Below, in pieces: positions 36,259 to 45,848 of a DNA stretch of 64,000 bases. The notes under the pieces are model-generated. The model was not told the origin of the DNA, searched no databases, and saw nothing but the letters and a program-made list of their open reading frames with translations. A program made the position numbers and the translations under genes. Source of the DNA: an uncultured bacterium (GTDB lineage: Bacteria > Zixibacteria > MSB-5A5 > UBA10806); the NCBI GenBank assembly GCA_965541585.1, contig CBEUCH010000003.1, positions 160,001-224,000 on the forward strand, given 5' to 3'. How positions within the stretch are numbered: position 1 is the first letter of the stretch; the number at the start of each line of letters is the position of its first letter.

Positions 36259-37488
36259 ATGTCGCTTGAGTTTTTTATAGCCAGAAGATATTTCACGTCC
36301 CGCCACCGCCAGGGCTTTCTCTCGCTCCTGGGATTCATATCTATCTCGGTCGTGGTGCTATCCACCGCCTCCCTGCTTATAGTCCTTTCTGTAATGAATG
36401 GTTTTGAAATGGAGGTCAGAAGCAGGATTATAGGCACCATGGCACATATAATGGTCAGCTCTCGCCTGTCCGGAGGCATGGAAAACTGGGTTGAAATTCA
36501 AGAGCAGATTCGCAGTGTCGAAGGCGTCCTGGCCACAAGCCCGGTGGTGATCGAAAAATCGGCTATATCGTCAAAATATGAAACCGATGGCATCGTCGTG
36601 CGGGGCATCGTGCCTGAAGCAGAAAGCACCGTTACGGAGATTGCGGAATACCTTATCACGCGGGATTTGTCGTTTGAAACGCCGGACGAAAAATTCACCG
36701 GCGTCTGGCTCGGGATTAATCTGGCCAACCGGCTTAACGTCACGCTGAATGATAAGGTAAGATTGTATTCTTTAAGAGATGTGGGAAGCGGCCTGACCGG
36801 TTTCTCCCCGAAGATCAGGAATTGTATGCTTGCAGGAATCGTGGAAACCGGTATGTCTACATATGATGATAATTTCGTCTATATGCCCCTGGAGGCTGCT
36901 CAGGAATTGTTTGATCTCGGAAAGGCCGTCACCACGATCGAGGTAAAAACGACTGATTTCTATACGGCCTTCAGAACGGCCGAGAGGATTCAGGAACTGC
37001 TGGGGTATAGATATGACGCCATAGACTGGAAGGATTTCAATCGTAATCTGTTCTCGTGGATGACGCTGGAAAAATGGATGATGTTCCTGGTCCTTATGCT
37101 CTTCGTCCTGGTGGCCGCAAGCAATATTATAGCGCTTCTTATCATGATGGTTCTGGCAAAAAGGGTCGATATCGGTGTTCTTATGGCGTTCGGCCTGTCG
37201 AAACGCAGGTTAAAAAAGATTTTCGCTTATCAGGGCTTGATAATAGGCCTGATCGGAGGCCTGTTGGGGACTACTCTGGGACTGACATTGCTTTTTATCC
37301 AGAAGAAATATTCATTAATATCCTTGCCCAGCGACATCTACTTTATATCGGCTTTGCCGGTGGAAATCAGGGCGGTGGATACTATCTTGATTCTGATCCT
37401 GGCAGCCCTGATCGGTTTCTTATTCTCGATCTATCCGGCAATGAGGGCGTCCCGCCTGGATCCTGTTGAGATTATCCGTTACCAATAA
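36259..37488 (+). CDS. lolC: Lipoprotein-releasing ABC permease LolC/E
   Basis: FIARRYF, LIVLSVMNGF, IYFISALP, YPAMRASRLDP; follows lysS. Confidence 0.88.
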   Translation: MSLEFFIARRYFTSRHRQGFLSLLGFISISVVVLSTASLLIVLSVMNGFEMEVRSRIIGTMAHIMVSSRLSGGMENWVEIQEQIRSVEGVLATSPVVIEKSAISSKYETDGIVVRGIVPEAESTVTEIAEYLITRDLSFETPDEKFTGVWLGINLANRLNVTLNDKVRLYSLRDVGSGLTGFSPKIRNCMLAGIVETGMSTYDDNFVYMPLEAAQELFDLGKAVTTIEVKTTDFYTAFRTAERIQELLGYRYDAIDWKDFNRNLFSWMTLEKWMMFLVLMLFVLVAASNIIALLIMMVLAKRVDIGVLMAFGLSKRRLKKIFAYQGLIIGLIGGLLGTTLGLTLLFIQKKYSLISLPSDIYFISALPVEIRAVDTILILILAALIGFLFSIYPAMRASRLDPVEIIRYQ

Positions 37489-37516
37489 GAGCGATGAGTT
37501 GGAGGTCTTGAATCAC

Positions 37517-38185
37517 GTGCTTGTAGATGCCGAGAATATATTTAAGAAGTTCCGTTCGGGTGATGGCAATCTCGAGGTACTGAGGGGGGCGAGTCTGAAT
37601 CTGGAGCCGGGATCAATGGCAGTCCTTTCGGGACCGTCGGGCTCAGGGAAAAGCACCCTGTTGTATATCCTGGGTGGCCTGGAGAAACCTGATAACGGCA
37701 GCGTGATGTTCAAGGGCGAGTCCGTCTGGGATTTCAGTTCTGATCGCCTGGATACATTCAGGAACAGGAATATCGGATTTGTCTTTCAAATGCATTACCT
37801 GATGCCGGATTTCACGGCTTTAGAAAACGTGATGATCCCCGCAATGATAAATAATATGCCGCATAAACAGGCTCTTGAAAGAGCGCAGTTGTTGCTGTCG
37901 GAATTATCAATTTATGAGCGGAAAGACCATTATCCCAATCAGTTATCCGGTGGGGAGCAGCAGAGAACGGCTATCGCCCGGGCGCTTATTAACTCGCCGG
38001 AGCTTATTCTGGCAGATGAACCTACTGGCAACCTCGATACAGAAAACGCCAATTCACTCTTAAAGTTATTTCACAAACTTGTCGAAACCACTGGTGTAAG
38101 CGTTCTGATCGCCACCCACGATGAGAAAGTGTCTTTGATGGGTCAGGTGATGTTCCGGTTAACAGGGGGAAAGATAGAGACTTAG
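37517..38185 (+). CDS. lolD: Lipoprotein-releasing ABC ATPase LolD (start uncertain, 37466-37517)
   Basis: [36 protein letters not shown]. Confidence 0.88.
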   Translation: MLVDAENIFKKFRSGDGNLEVLRGASLNLEPGSMAVLSGPSGSGKSTLLYILGGLEKPDNGSVMFKGESVWDFSSDRLDTFRNRNIGFVFQMHYLMPDFTALENVMIPAMINNMPHKQALERAQLLLSELSIYERKDHYPNQLSGGEQQRTAIARALINSPELILADEPTGNLDTENANSLLKLFHKLVETTGVSVLIATHDEKVSLMGQVMFRLTGGKIET

Positions 38186-38283
38186 TGAAGCCGAAATCAC
38201 TTGCAGTGCTTTGAGATTTTCGGCTATATTGATGGGGAACAGACTGTTGCGGCTCAGGGTTGTAGAGATTGAGGGAGATGCAG

Positions 38284-38802
38284 ATGGAGAAAATTTGCCA
38301 GGATTGCAATAAACATGAATCCACTGTTCATTTGACGCAGCTTATCAACAATAAAAAAGTGGTGCTGCATCTCTGCAAGGATTGTGCTGAAAAGCGAGGA
38401 TTCCATTCCCCCTTTGAGAATATGCCGTTTCCGCTGGCTGAATTTGTAACCGGCATGGTGGGGATCGGCAAAGCAGCCCCGGCGAAACCGGGCAAAAGAG
38501 CCGGAAAGCAGAAGAAATGTGCGTTTTGCGGGATGTCATTTGAAGATTTCGGAAAGCTTGGGCGTTTGGGATGCGGTAAATGCTATTCCATATTCAGGAA
38601 TGACCTTACCGACCTTATGCGGAAGATTCACGGATCCTGCGAGCATCGTGGCAACGTCCCGGTCGGAACCAGCGACGCCATGAAACCGTTGCGGGAGGAG
38701 AGAATCTTAAGGGAGGAGCTTAAGAGAGCCATCGAGAAGGAGGATTTCGAAAAGGCGGCGGAGTTGCGCGATAAGATAAGCGAGCTTGCCGGCAAGTTAT
38801 AG
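38284..38802 (+). CDS. mcsA: McsA, activator of McsB (CxxC motifs + UVR domain)
   Basis: CQDC, LCKDCA, CAFC, GRLGCGKCY, EDFEKAAELRD. Confidence 0.92.
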   Translation: MEKICQDCNKHESTVHLTQLINNKKVVLHLCKDCAEKRGFHSPFENMPFPLAEFVTGMVGIGKAAPAKPGKRAGKQKKCAFCGMSFEDFGKLGRLGCGKCYSIFRNDLTDLMRKIHGSCEHRGNVPVGTSDAMKPLREERILREELKRAIEKEDFEKAAELRDKISELAGKL

Positions 38803-38812
38803 GTTGGATCTT

Positions 38813-39883
38813 ATGTCTTTAGCGATGATAGATGAGATGGCGACAAAACCGGCTCCCTGGTTGAGCGGCGAGGGCCCGGATTCGTTTGCAGTGCTTTCTT
38901 CGAGGATCAGGCTGGCTAGAAATGTCTCGGAATTTCCCTTTCCACCTGCGGCCGGCAGCGATGTAAGGGAGAAATTAATAGATTATGTATTTGCCGCTTT
39001 TGAAAAGACAAAGGCGCTCGAGAACGGCAGCTTCTATCGGTCGACCGATATCGATCCCATGAATCAGGAATTCCTCGTCGAGAGGCATATTATCTCTCCG
39101 GAGTTTATGAGAGGCGGAGTAGGGAGAGGCCTTTTTGTCGACGATCAGGAAAAAATCTCCGTCATGGTTAACGAGGAAGACCATTTGAGATTACAGGTGA
39201 TTTCTTCCGGTATGTCGCTTGAGGATTGCTGGAAAGACATAAACAAGGTCGAATCGGATCTGGCGGGCTTAGTCGAATTTGATTTTGATGATGCTTTCGG
39301 GTATTTGACCTCATGCCCTACAAACGTCGGGACGGGTCTCAGGGCGTCATTGCTTATCCACTTGCCCGCTCTGGTCCTGACCGATAAAATGGACGAGGTG
39401 ATCGGTAGAATATCGAAGGTCGGCCAGATGGTTCGTGGTTTCTATGGCGAGGGGACCGATGTTCTGGGAAATCTCTTCCAGATATCGAATCAGACTACTC
39501 TGGGAAGAACCGAAGAGGAAATCATAGATTCGCTGGCGAAAGTATCCATGCAAATTCTGGAGCATGAAAAGAGCGCCCAGGAGACCCTGATGAGGGACGC
39601 CCCGGAGATGGTCGAGGATAAGATCTGGCGTTCATACGGTATCCTGAATAACGCCAGGGTACTGTCGTCCAACGAAGTTATGAATATGCTTTCGCTTTTG
39701 CGCTTGGGAATATCCCTTGAATTAATTGACAGGATAAGCTATAAGGAATTGAACGAATTGATGATAATGACTCAGCCGGCCCACCTGCAGAAGCTTGTGG
39801 GTCGTGAAATGGATAATAACGAACGCGATGTGATCCGCGCCAATCTGGTGAGAGAGCGACTTGGCAAAAGTGGGAAATCTTAG
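38813..39883 (+). CDS. mcsB: Protein arginine kinase
   Basis: SSRIRLARN, MVNEEDHLR, GYLTSCPTNVGTGLRAS, QISNQTTLG. Confidence 0.95.
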   Translation: MSLAMIDEMATKPAPWLSGEGPDSFAVLSSRIRLARNVSEFPFPPAAGSDVREKLIDYVFAAFEKTKALENGSFYRSTDIDPMNQEFLVERHIISPEFMRGGVGRGLFVDDQEKISVMVNEEDHLRLQVISSGMSLEDCWKDINKVESDLAGLVEFDFDDAFGYLTSCPTNVGTGLRASLLIHLPALVLTDKMDEVIGRISKVGQMVRGFYGEGTDVLGNLFQISNQTTLGRTEEEIIDSLAKVSMQILEHEKSAQETLMRDAPEMVEDKIWRSYGILNNARVLSSNEVMNMLSLLRLGISLELIDRISYKELNELMIMTQPAHLQKLVGREMDNNERDVIRANLVRERLGKSGKS

Positions 39884-39907
39884 TGTATTGCAAAAGAGGT
39901 GTGTGCG

Positions 39908-42382
39908 ATGAACGAAATGTTCACCGAGAAAGCTCGTAAAGCGATTGAGTATGCCAGGGACGAAGCGGCCAGGCTCAAGCATGATTATATAGGAACAGAG
40001 CACCTGCTGCTGGGACTGATTCGATTGGGCGAAGGGCTTGCCGTCGAGATTCTAAATAATATCGGAATAGATGCCAATGAGCTTAAAGCGTCTGTCGAAG
40101 AAATGGTGCAGCCATCCGGCGGAACCATGCAGATGGGGCAGCTGCCCTTGACCGCCCGTGCCAAGAAGACGCTGGAGGTTTCGGGAAACGAGGCCCGTGC
40201 TCTGAAGTCGAAAGATATCGATACCCAGCATATCCTGCTGGCCTTATTGAAAGATGAGGAAGGCGTGGCCGCGCAGGTCATGTCCATGTATGATGTGGAT
40301 TACAAGGAGGTCTACGAAGAGCTTCGCAACATTCAGTCGGGTAAACCTTCGGCCTTCGGCCGCAAGCGCAAGAAATCAAAGACTCCGGCCCTGGATCATT
40401 TCGGGCGGGATCTGACCGAGCTTGCCCGTAGGGACCAGCTCGATCCGATTATAGGCCGTGACGATGAAATAGAGCGGGTAACGCAGATCCTTTCGCGGCG
40501 AAAGAAAAACAATCCGGTTCTGATCGGTGAGCCGGGAGTCGGGAAAACAGCGATCGCAGAAGGCTTAGCTCAGAGGATTGTAGTGAGCAAGGTGCCGCAG
40601 ATTCTGGAGGGTAAAAGGATCGTCACTCTCGATATGGCATCCCTCGTCGCCGGGACCAAATATCGCGGTCAGTTCGAAGAACGGCTCAAGGCCGTCATGA
40701 ACGAGATTCTCAATTCAAAGGACGTCATTATCTTCATTGATGAGCTACATACTATAGTCGGAGCCGGCGGAGCCGAGGGGTCCCTCGACGCGTCCAATAT
40801 TTTTAAACCTGCTCTTTCAAGAGGCGAACTGCAGTGCATCGGGGCTACCACTTTGAACGAATACCGCAAGTATATTGAAAAGGACGGGGCGCTGGATAGA
40901 CGATTCCAGACCGTGATGATCGACCCTCCATCGACAGCCGATACTATCGAGATCCTGAAAGGGCTCAGATCACGGTATGAGGAGCATCACAAGGTGACCA
41001 TAACGGACGAGGCGATTCTGGCGGCGGTGAATCTCTCCGAAAGGTATATTTCAGGTAAGTTCCAGCCCGATAAAGCCATCGATATTGTGGATGAGACCGG
41101 CTCGCGGGCGCATCTCTCCGCTTATACCAAACCGGATACCTTCGCCCAACTCGAGGATGAGATCGCCAATTTGACCACCCAGAAGGAAGCGGCGGTCAAA
41201 AGCCAGGAATTCGAGCGAGCGGCCCAGCTTCGCGATACTATAAAATTTAAGAGAGAAGAGTATGAGAAGCTGAAAAAGGAGTGGGAGGAGCAAAGGAACA
41301 GCGAGAAAATCGAGTTGAAAGAGGACGATATCGCATTTGTTATCTCCAAAATGACAGGTATCCCGCTGTTCAAGCTCGAAGAAAAGGAATCAAAAAAACT
41401 CCTTCGTATGGAAGACGAACTCTCCCGGAGAGTGGTCGGACAAGAAGAGGCGATAAACGCAATTGCCAAGGCCATCAGAAGGACCAGGGCTGGCCTGAAA
41501 GATCCCCATCGACCGATCGGGTCGTTCTTATTCCTCGGCCCGACGGGCGTCGGCAAAACCGAGTTAGCCAAAGCTCTTTCAGCGTTCTTGTTCGAGGACG
41601 AAGAATCTCTGGTGCGGATAGATATGTCCGAGTATATGGAAAAGTTTGCGGTGTCGCGCTTGATCGGCGCGCCCCCCGGTTATGTGGGATATGAAGAGGG
41701 TGGACAATTGACGGAAAAAGTCCGCCGTAAACCCTACTCCGTCGTTCTGCTCGATGAGATTGAAAAAGCTCATCCCGAGGTTTTCAATATTCTCCTGCAG
41801 CTCCTGGACGAGGGACAATTGACCGATTCTTTCGGGCGCAAGGTCGATTTCAGAAACACTGTGGTCATTATGACCTCCAATATGGGAACTCGGCAGGCAA
41901 TAGCCGGCAAATCTCTGGGATTCCAGAAAGATGATGCCAAGACCGACTATGACAAAATGAAAGAACGTATACTCGATGAAATGAAAAGAACCTTTAATCC
42001 CGAATTGATAAACAGGATCGATGAGACGGTTATTTTCCATGCTCTCAGCAAAGACCACATTCTTGAGATCATAGATATCCTGATGGCAGATCTGGCGAAA
42101 AGGTTAGTAGAGAAGAACATCACTATCGAGCTTCAACAGGACGCCAAAGAATTCATAGCTGATAAAGGCTGGGATCCGACGTTCGGAGCCAGGCCGCTGA
42201 AGCGCTCGTTGCAGAAACATCTCGAGGATCCGCTTGCCGAGGAAATGCTGAAAAGCGAGCTTCCGAGTAATTGTGTCGTCACAGTCTCCAGGGAGCAGAA
42301 CGAGGACGGACTTACCTTCGATATCAAAGTGATAAAAGACGCAGATAAGGCGAAAGCGCAAGAATCCAATGCCTCAGGCTGA
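39908..42382 (+). CDS. clpC: ATP-dependent Clp protease ATPase subunit ClpC
   Basis: Clp N repeats, [12 protein letters not shown]-domain, [11 protein letters not shown] loop. Confidence 0.96.
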   Translation: MNEMFTEKARKAIEYARDEAARLKHDYIGTEHLLLGLIRLGEGLAVEILNNIGIDANELKASVEEMVQPSGGTMQMGQLPLTARAKKTLEVSGNEARALKSKDIDTQHILLALLKDEEGVAAQVMSMYDVDYKEVYEELRNIQSGKPSAFGRKRKKSKTPALDHFGRDLTELARRDQLDPIIGRDDEIERVTQILSRRKKNNPVLIGEPGVGKTAIAEGLAQRIVVSKVPQILEGKRIVTLDMASLVAGTKYRGQFEERLKAVMNEILNSKDVIIFIDELHTIVGAGGAEGSLDASNIFKPALSRGELQCIGATTLNEYRKYIEKDGALDRRFQTVMIDPPSTADTIEILKGLRSRYEEHHKVTITDEAILAAVNLSERYISGKFQPDKAIDIVDETGSRAHLSAYTKPDTFAQLEDEIANLTTQKEAAVKSQEFERAAQLRDTIKFKREEYEKLKKEWEEQRNSEKIELKEDDIAFVISKMTGIPLFKLEEKESKKLLRMEDELSRRVVGQEEAINAIAKAIRRTRAGLKDPHRPIGSFLFLGPTGVGKTELAKALSAFLFEDEESLVRIDMSEYMEKFAVSRLIGAPPGYVGYEEGGQLTEKVRRKPYSVVLLDEIEKAHPEVFNILLQLLDEGQLTDSFGRKVDFRNTVVIMTSNMGTRQAIAGKSLGFQKDDAKTDYDKMKERILDEMKRTFNPELINRIDETVIFHALSKDHILEIIDILMADLAKRLVEKNITIELQQDAKEFIADKGWDPTFGARPLKRSLQKHLEDPLAEEMLKSELPSNCVVTVSREQNEDGLTFDIKVIKDADKAKAQESNASG

Positions 42383-42441
42383 GATATTATGAGTTTCATC
42401 CGGCGATCCCGGAGCAGAATATCAAAAAATTAAAAAGAGAC

Positions 42442-42469
42442 TTGACAGAGCGAAATGAAATTGTAAATT
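42442..42469 (+). promoter_or_regulatory. Sigma70 promoter of rpmA
   Basis: TTGACA-N16-TAAATT. Confidence 0.6.
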
Positions 42470-42494
42470 GTGACGTTTAGGAAAGGGGAATGTA

Positions 42495-42746
42495 GTGGCG
42501 CACAAAAAGGGACTCGGTTCTTCCAAGAACGGGCGGGACTCACACGGTCAACGGTTGGGTGTTAAAGCCTACGGGGGCCAGTGGGTAACTGCCGGTTCTA
42601 TTATCGTGCGCCAGCGTGGAACCAATATCCATCCTGGTGAGAATGTTGGTCACGCCAAGGATCACACTCTGTTCGCTCTGATTGATGGCAGGATACAGTT
42701 TCTGCGCAAAGGCCGGGATAAAAAACTGGTTTCGATCGTCTCGTAA
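42495..42746 (+). CDS. rpmA: 50S ribosomal protein L27
   Basis: [15 protein letters not shown]...[10 protein letters not shown]. Confidence 0.98.
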   Translation: MAHKKGLGSSKNGRDSHGQRLGVKAYGGQWVTAGSIIVRQRGTNIHPGENVGHAKDHTLFALIDGRIQFLRKGRDKKLVSIVS

Positions 42747-42750
42747 AAGC

Positions 42751-42778
42751 GCCCCGCGCAAAGGCGCGGGGTTTTGTT
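42751..42778 (+). terminator. Intrinsic terminator after rpmA
   Basis: GCCCCGCGC-AAAG-GCGCGGGGT + TTTGTT. Confidence 0.8.
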
Positions 42779-42788
42779 GTTGTTCTCG

Positions 42789-42806
42789 ATGTGAATAATA
42801 TCACAT
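42789..42806. promoter_or_regulatory. TGTGA-N6-TCACA box (Rex- or CRP/FNR-family-like)
   Basis: ATGTGAATAATATCACAT. Confidence 0.5.
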
Positions 42807-42827
42807 GATCTTTAAAAGCTAATTGAA

Positions 42828-43457
42828 ATGGCAATGTCCCCCAGGAAAATAGGGTTATTCATCACGGGAGGCAATCCCTGGGAGATCGTCTTTAGCATAC
42901 TGCACCTTGAGAAACGAAAATTACTAAGACTTCCCATTACAATAGACATAGATGGTTCTTCAGCTTCTGATGTGGAATTGGAAAAAGAACTCTCTCGGTT
43001 GACGCCGATCTCGATTGAGAAAGTCAAAGCGACCGGGATCGATGCTGTCATCATACCGGGCGGCATGCGTTTTTTCAGGGGACTTTGCGATTTTGAGGCA
43101 GCCCGTGACACCATGAAAGTTGACGATAGGCTGAAGACTCTCATAAAAGGGATTTATCGTCTCGGAAAACCTATAGGGGCTTTCGGTCCCGGGGCATTGC
43201 TGGTGACGAAAGCGCTCCAGGGGATAACCAGGTCGGGGCCCGTGGTAACCGTCGGCAACGATCCCAGGCTCCAGGCGGGAATAGAGAAAAACGGCGCTCA
43301 GACCGTGATTACGCGTCCCGGAGAGGTCGTTCTCGATGAGACTAACAAACTGGTAACATCCGGGGGAGAACTTGGAACCAAGAGAGTTGGCGAGGTTAAC
43401 GCTGCCTGCGAAAATCTGCTTTCCGGTCTGACCGAATTAATGATAGATAGGAAGTGA
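42828..43457 (+). CDS. ElbB/ES1-like DJ-1/PfpI-fold protein lacking the nucleophilic Cys
   Basis: DAVIIPGG...LCDF, GKPIGAFGPG, VVLDETNKLVTS. Confidence 0.7.
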   Translation: MAMSPRKIGLFITGGNPWEIVFSILHLEKRKLLRLPITIDIDGSSASDVELEKELSRLTPISIEKVKATGIDAVIIPGGMRFFRGLCDFEAARDTMKVDDRLKTLIKGIYRLGKPIGAFGPGALLVTKALQGITRSGPVVTVGNDPRLQAGIEKNGAQTVITRPGEVVLDETNKLVTSGGELGTKRVGEVNAACENLLSGLTELMIDRK

Positions 43458-44302
43458 CTATGAGAGATATCGACGTTGGCGAGATCACCAGTGCGATCAA
43501 AGGCCTGTCCACGGAAGCCAACTATTATCTGGGCGACGATGTAGTTAAGGCGCTTAATTCTGCTTCCGAAAAGGAGGAATCTCCTCTGGGAAAAGAGATC
43601 ATAAACCAGATTCTTGAAAACGCCAGAATCGCCGCAACCGAGGATATGCCCCTGTGCCAGGACACTGGCCTTTCGGCCATCTTCGTTGATTTAGGGCAGG
43701 ATGTGCATCTCGTGGGTGATGGTTTGGAAGAGGCGATTCAGGACGGAATCCGACAGGGCTACGGCGATGGTTACCTGAGAAAATCGATGGTGGAGGATCC
43801 TCTTCGGCGTAAAAACACGGGCGATAATACTCCTGCTGTCATATCAGTCAGGATTGTCCCCGGCGATAAGATCAGGATCACAATACTGCCCAAGGGTGGC
43901 GGCTCGGAGAATATGAGCGCCATCAGGATGCTCAAACCCTCTGATGGTGAGTCAGCTGTAAAAGACTTCATCCTGGAGACAGTCAGAAATGCCGGTGGGA
44001 ATCCGTGCCCGCCGATTATCGTTGGAGTGGGTGTCGGAGGCTCGTTCGACAAATGCGCTTATCTCGCCAAGCGGGCGCTTCTTCGCGAAGTGGGCAGCGT
44101 TCATTCCGACCGGTACTACGCCGGAATGGAAAAAGAGCTTCTGGAGAGAATAAATGATACCGGCATAGGTCCCCAGGGGCTCGGTGGCAGGACTACGGCT
44201 CTGGCCGTTCATATCGAAACGCATCCCTGCCACATTGCAAGTCTTCCGGTTGCCGTCAACCTCCAATGCCATTCGGCTCGCCACAAAGAAATCGTGATCT
44301 GA
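43454..44302 (+). CDS. Fe-S fumarate hydratase (class I) alpha subunit
   Basis: PLCQDTG, KGGGSEN, NPCPP, GPQGLGG, HIASLPVAVNLQCH. Confidence 0.93.
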   Translation: MTMRDIDVGEITSAIKGLSTEANYYLGDDVVKALNSASEKEESPLGKEIINQILENARIAATEDMPLCQDTGLSAIFVDLGQDVHLVGDGLEEAIQDGIRQGYGDGYLRKSMVEDPLRRKNTGDNTPAVISVRIVPGDKIRITILPKGGGSENMSAIRMLKPSDGESAVKDFILETVRNAGGNPCPPIIVGVGVGGSFDKCAYLAKRALLREVGSVHSDRYYAGMEKELLERINDTGIGPQGLGGRTTALAVHIETHPCHIASLPVAVNLQCHSARHKEIVI

Positions 44303-44315
44303 GGAGTTTATCAAT

Positions 44316-44867
44316 ATGCAAGCGATTAGATTAAATCCACCGTTGAAAGACGAGGATATAAAAAAACTCCATTCCGGTCAGAAAGCGATTATAACGGGAT
44401 ACATTTATACTGCACGCGATGCCGCCCATAAGAAGATGGTCGAACTTGTAGAGAAAAATGAGAGTCTGCCTTTCGATCCCACGGGGCAGATAGTCTATTT
44501 TGTCGGCCCTACTCCTGCAAAGCCGGGTCGGATTATCGGTTCGGCCGGGCCAACGACATCCGGCAGAATGAACAAATATTCACCCGTTATGCTGAAGGCA
44601 GGTTTAAAGGGAATGATCGGCAAAGGCGAAATGGGCCCCGAGGTTGCTGAGGCCCTCCGGGAATATAAAGGTGTCTATTTCGTGGCTACCGGTGGAGCCG
44701 GGGCGCTTATTGCCAAAAAGATTTCGGAATCCGAGATAGTCGCATACGAGGAATTGGGGCCGGAGGCCGTTCGTCGACTTAAGGTTACTGATTTCCCGGT
44801 GATCGTCGCCCAGGATTGCCACGGAGGAAATCTATTCAAAGAAGGAGTCGTGAAATACAGAAGATGA
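44316..44867 (+). CDS. Fe-S fumarate hydratase (class I) beta subunit
   Basis: TARDAAH, GPTTSGRM, GMIGKG, LGPEA. Confidence 0.93.
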   Translation: MQAIRLNPPLKDEDIKKLHSGQKAIITGYIYTARDAAHKKMVELVEKNESLPFDPTGQIVYFVGPTPAKPGRIIGSAGPTTSGRMNKYSPVMLKAGLKGMIGKGEMGPEVAEALREYKGVYFVATGGAGALIAKKISESEIVAYEELGPEAVRRLKVTDFPVIVAQDCHGGNLFKEGVVKYRR

Positions 44868-45057
44868 TGGAATCGTCATCAGGTTTCAACGCAGATAGAT
44901 ATTTTAAAAAGCGGACTTTTTTGACCCGAGTCGTGAAAAACAATCGCTCCCGCCGAAAATTTTGCTCTCTCATTATTGCGATTCTTTCCAGGGGAAAGAT
45001 GATATTTATGAATCTCTGCCAATTCGGCATCGGCCGAATCTTTGCAGGAGGCGTTAG

Positions 45058-45435
45058 ATGAATCATACGATCGCATCCAGAAGCGTATTATTCTGGCTGC
45101 TTCAACGAGTATCCGGTCTGCTCCTGGCGATCTTCTTATTTACTCATGTGAAAGTACTCCACTGGGATTTTGATTTTACAACTCAGGGCTTGTTGGATTT
45201 CACCTTCGTGATAGACCGGCTTCAGGGAAGTGTGGGTTGGTCTATATTCTACTTTCTTTTTATCATCTCGGCCTTGTTCCACGGCCTTAGCGGACTCTGG
45301 GCCGTCGTGCTCGATTTCAGACCGTCTAAAATATTCCAGCATGTGTGGTTGGCGGTGTTATGGACGGTGGGTATTATAGCCGCCTATTACGGTCTCACTA
45401 CCCTGAGCGCATTCTTCAGAGGGGGGGCGGCATGA
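45058..45435 (+). CDS. sdhD: Succinate dehydrogenase membrane anchor, SdhD-like
   Basis: WLLQRVSG...FTH...FHGLSGL...DF; 3 TM. Confidence 0.75.
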   Translation: MNHTIASRSVLFWLLQRVSGLLLAIFLFTHVKVLHWDFDFTTQGLLDFTFVIDRLQGSVGWSIFYFLFIISALFHGLSGLWAVVLDFRPSKIFQHVWLAVLWTVGIIAAYYGLTTLSAFFRGGAA

Positions 45436-45848
45436 AGATCATAGATGTATTCAAGGGTACCCTGGATGAGGTTAGACTCAATCCAAACGTTGGCACCTGG
45501 TCCTGGATTCTTCACCGTATTTCGGGACTCCTTCTTCTATTTTACCTGTTTACCCATCTCTGGGTGCTGGGATCGGTGAATAGCGGTCAGGAAGCGTTCA
45601 ATACCCGAATGCAATCGGTTCAAACGCCGCTTTTCCATTTCCTGGAAATCGGCCTGGTTCTTGTGATCTTTTATCACATGGTAAACGGCATCGTTATAGC
45701 CTTCATGGATTTTGCGGATATTTCGGAAAAACATAAAATCCTGGTTACGGTTATGGTGGCTCTGTTTGCAATCCTGGCCATCGTTACATTTGCAGTCATG
45801 CTGCCGAGGGTATTTGGCTCCCATGCAATGGTGGGGGTGCACGTATGA
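45432..45848 (+). CDS. sdhC: Succinate dehydrogenase cytochrome b subunit, SdhC-like
   Basis: GTWSWILHRISG...FTH...YHMVNGI. Confidence 0.8.
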   Translation: MKIIDVFKGTLDEVRLNPNVGTWSWILHRISGLLLLFYLFTHLWVLGSVNSGQEAFNTRMQSVQTPLFHFLEIGLVLVIFYHMVNGIVIAFMDFADISEKHKILVTVMVALFAILAIVTFAVMLPRVFGSHAMVGVHV

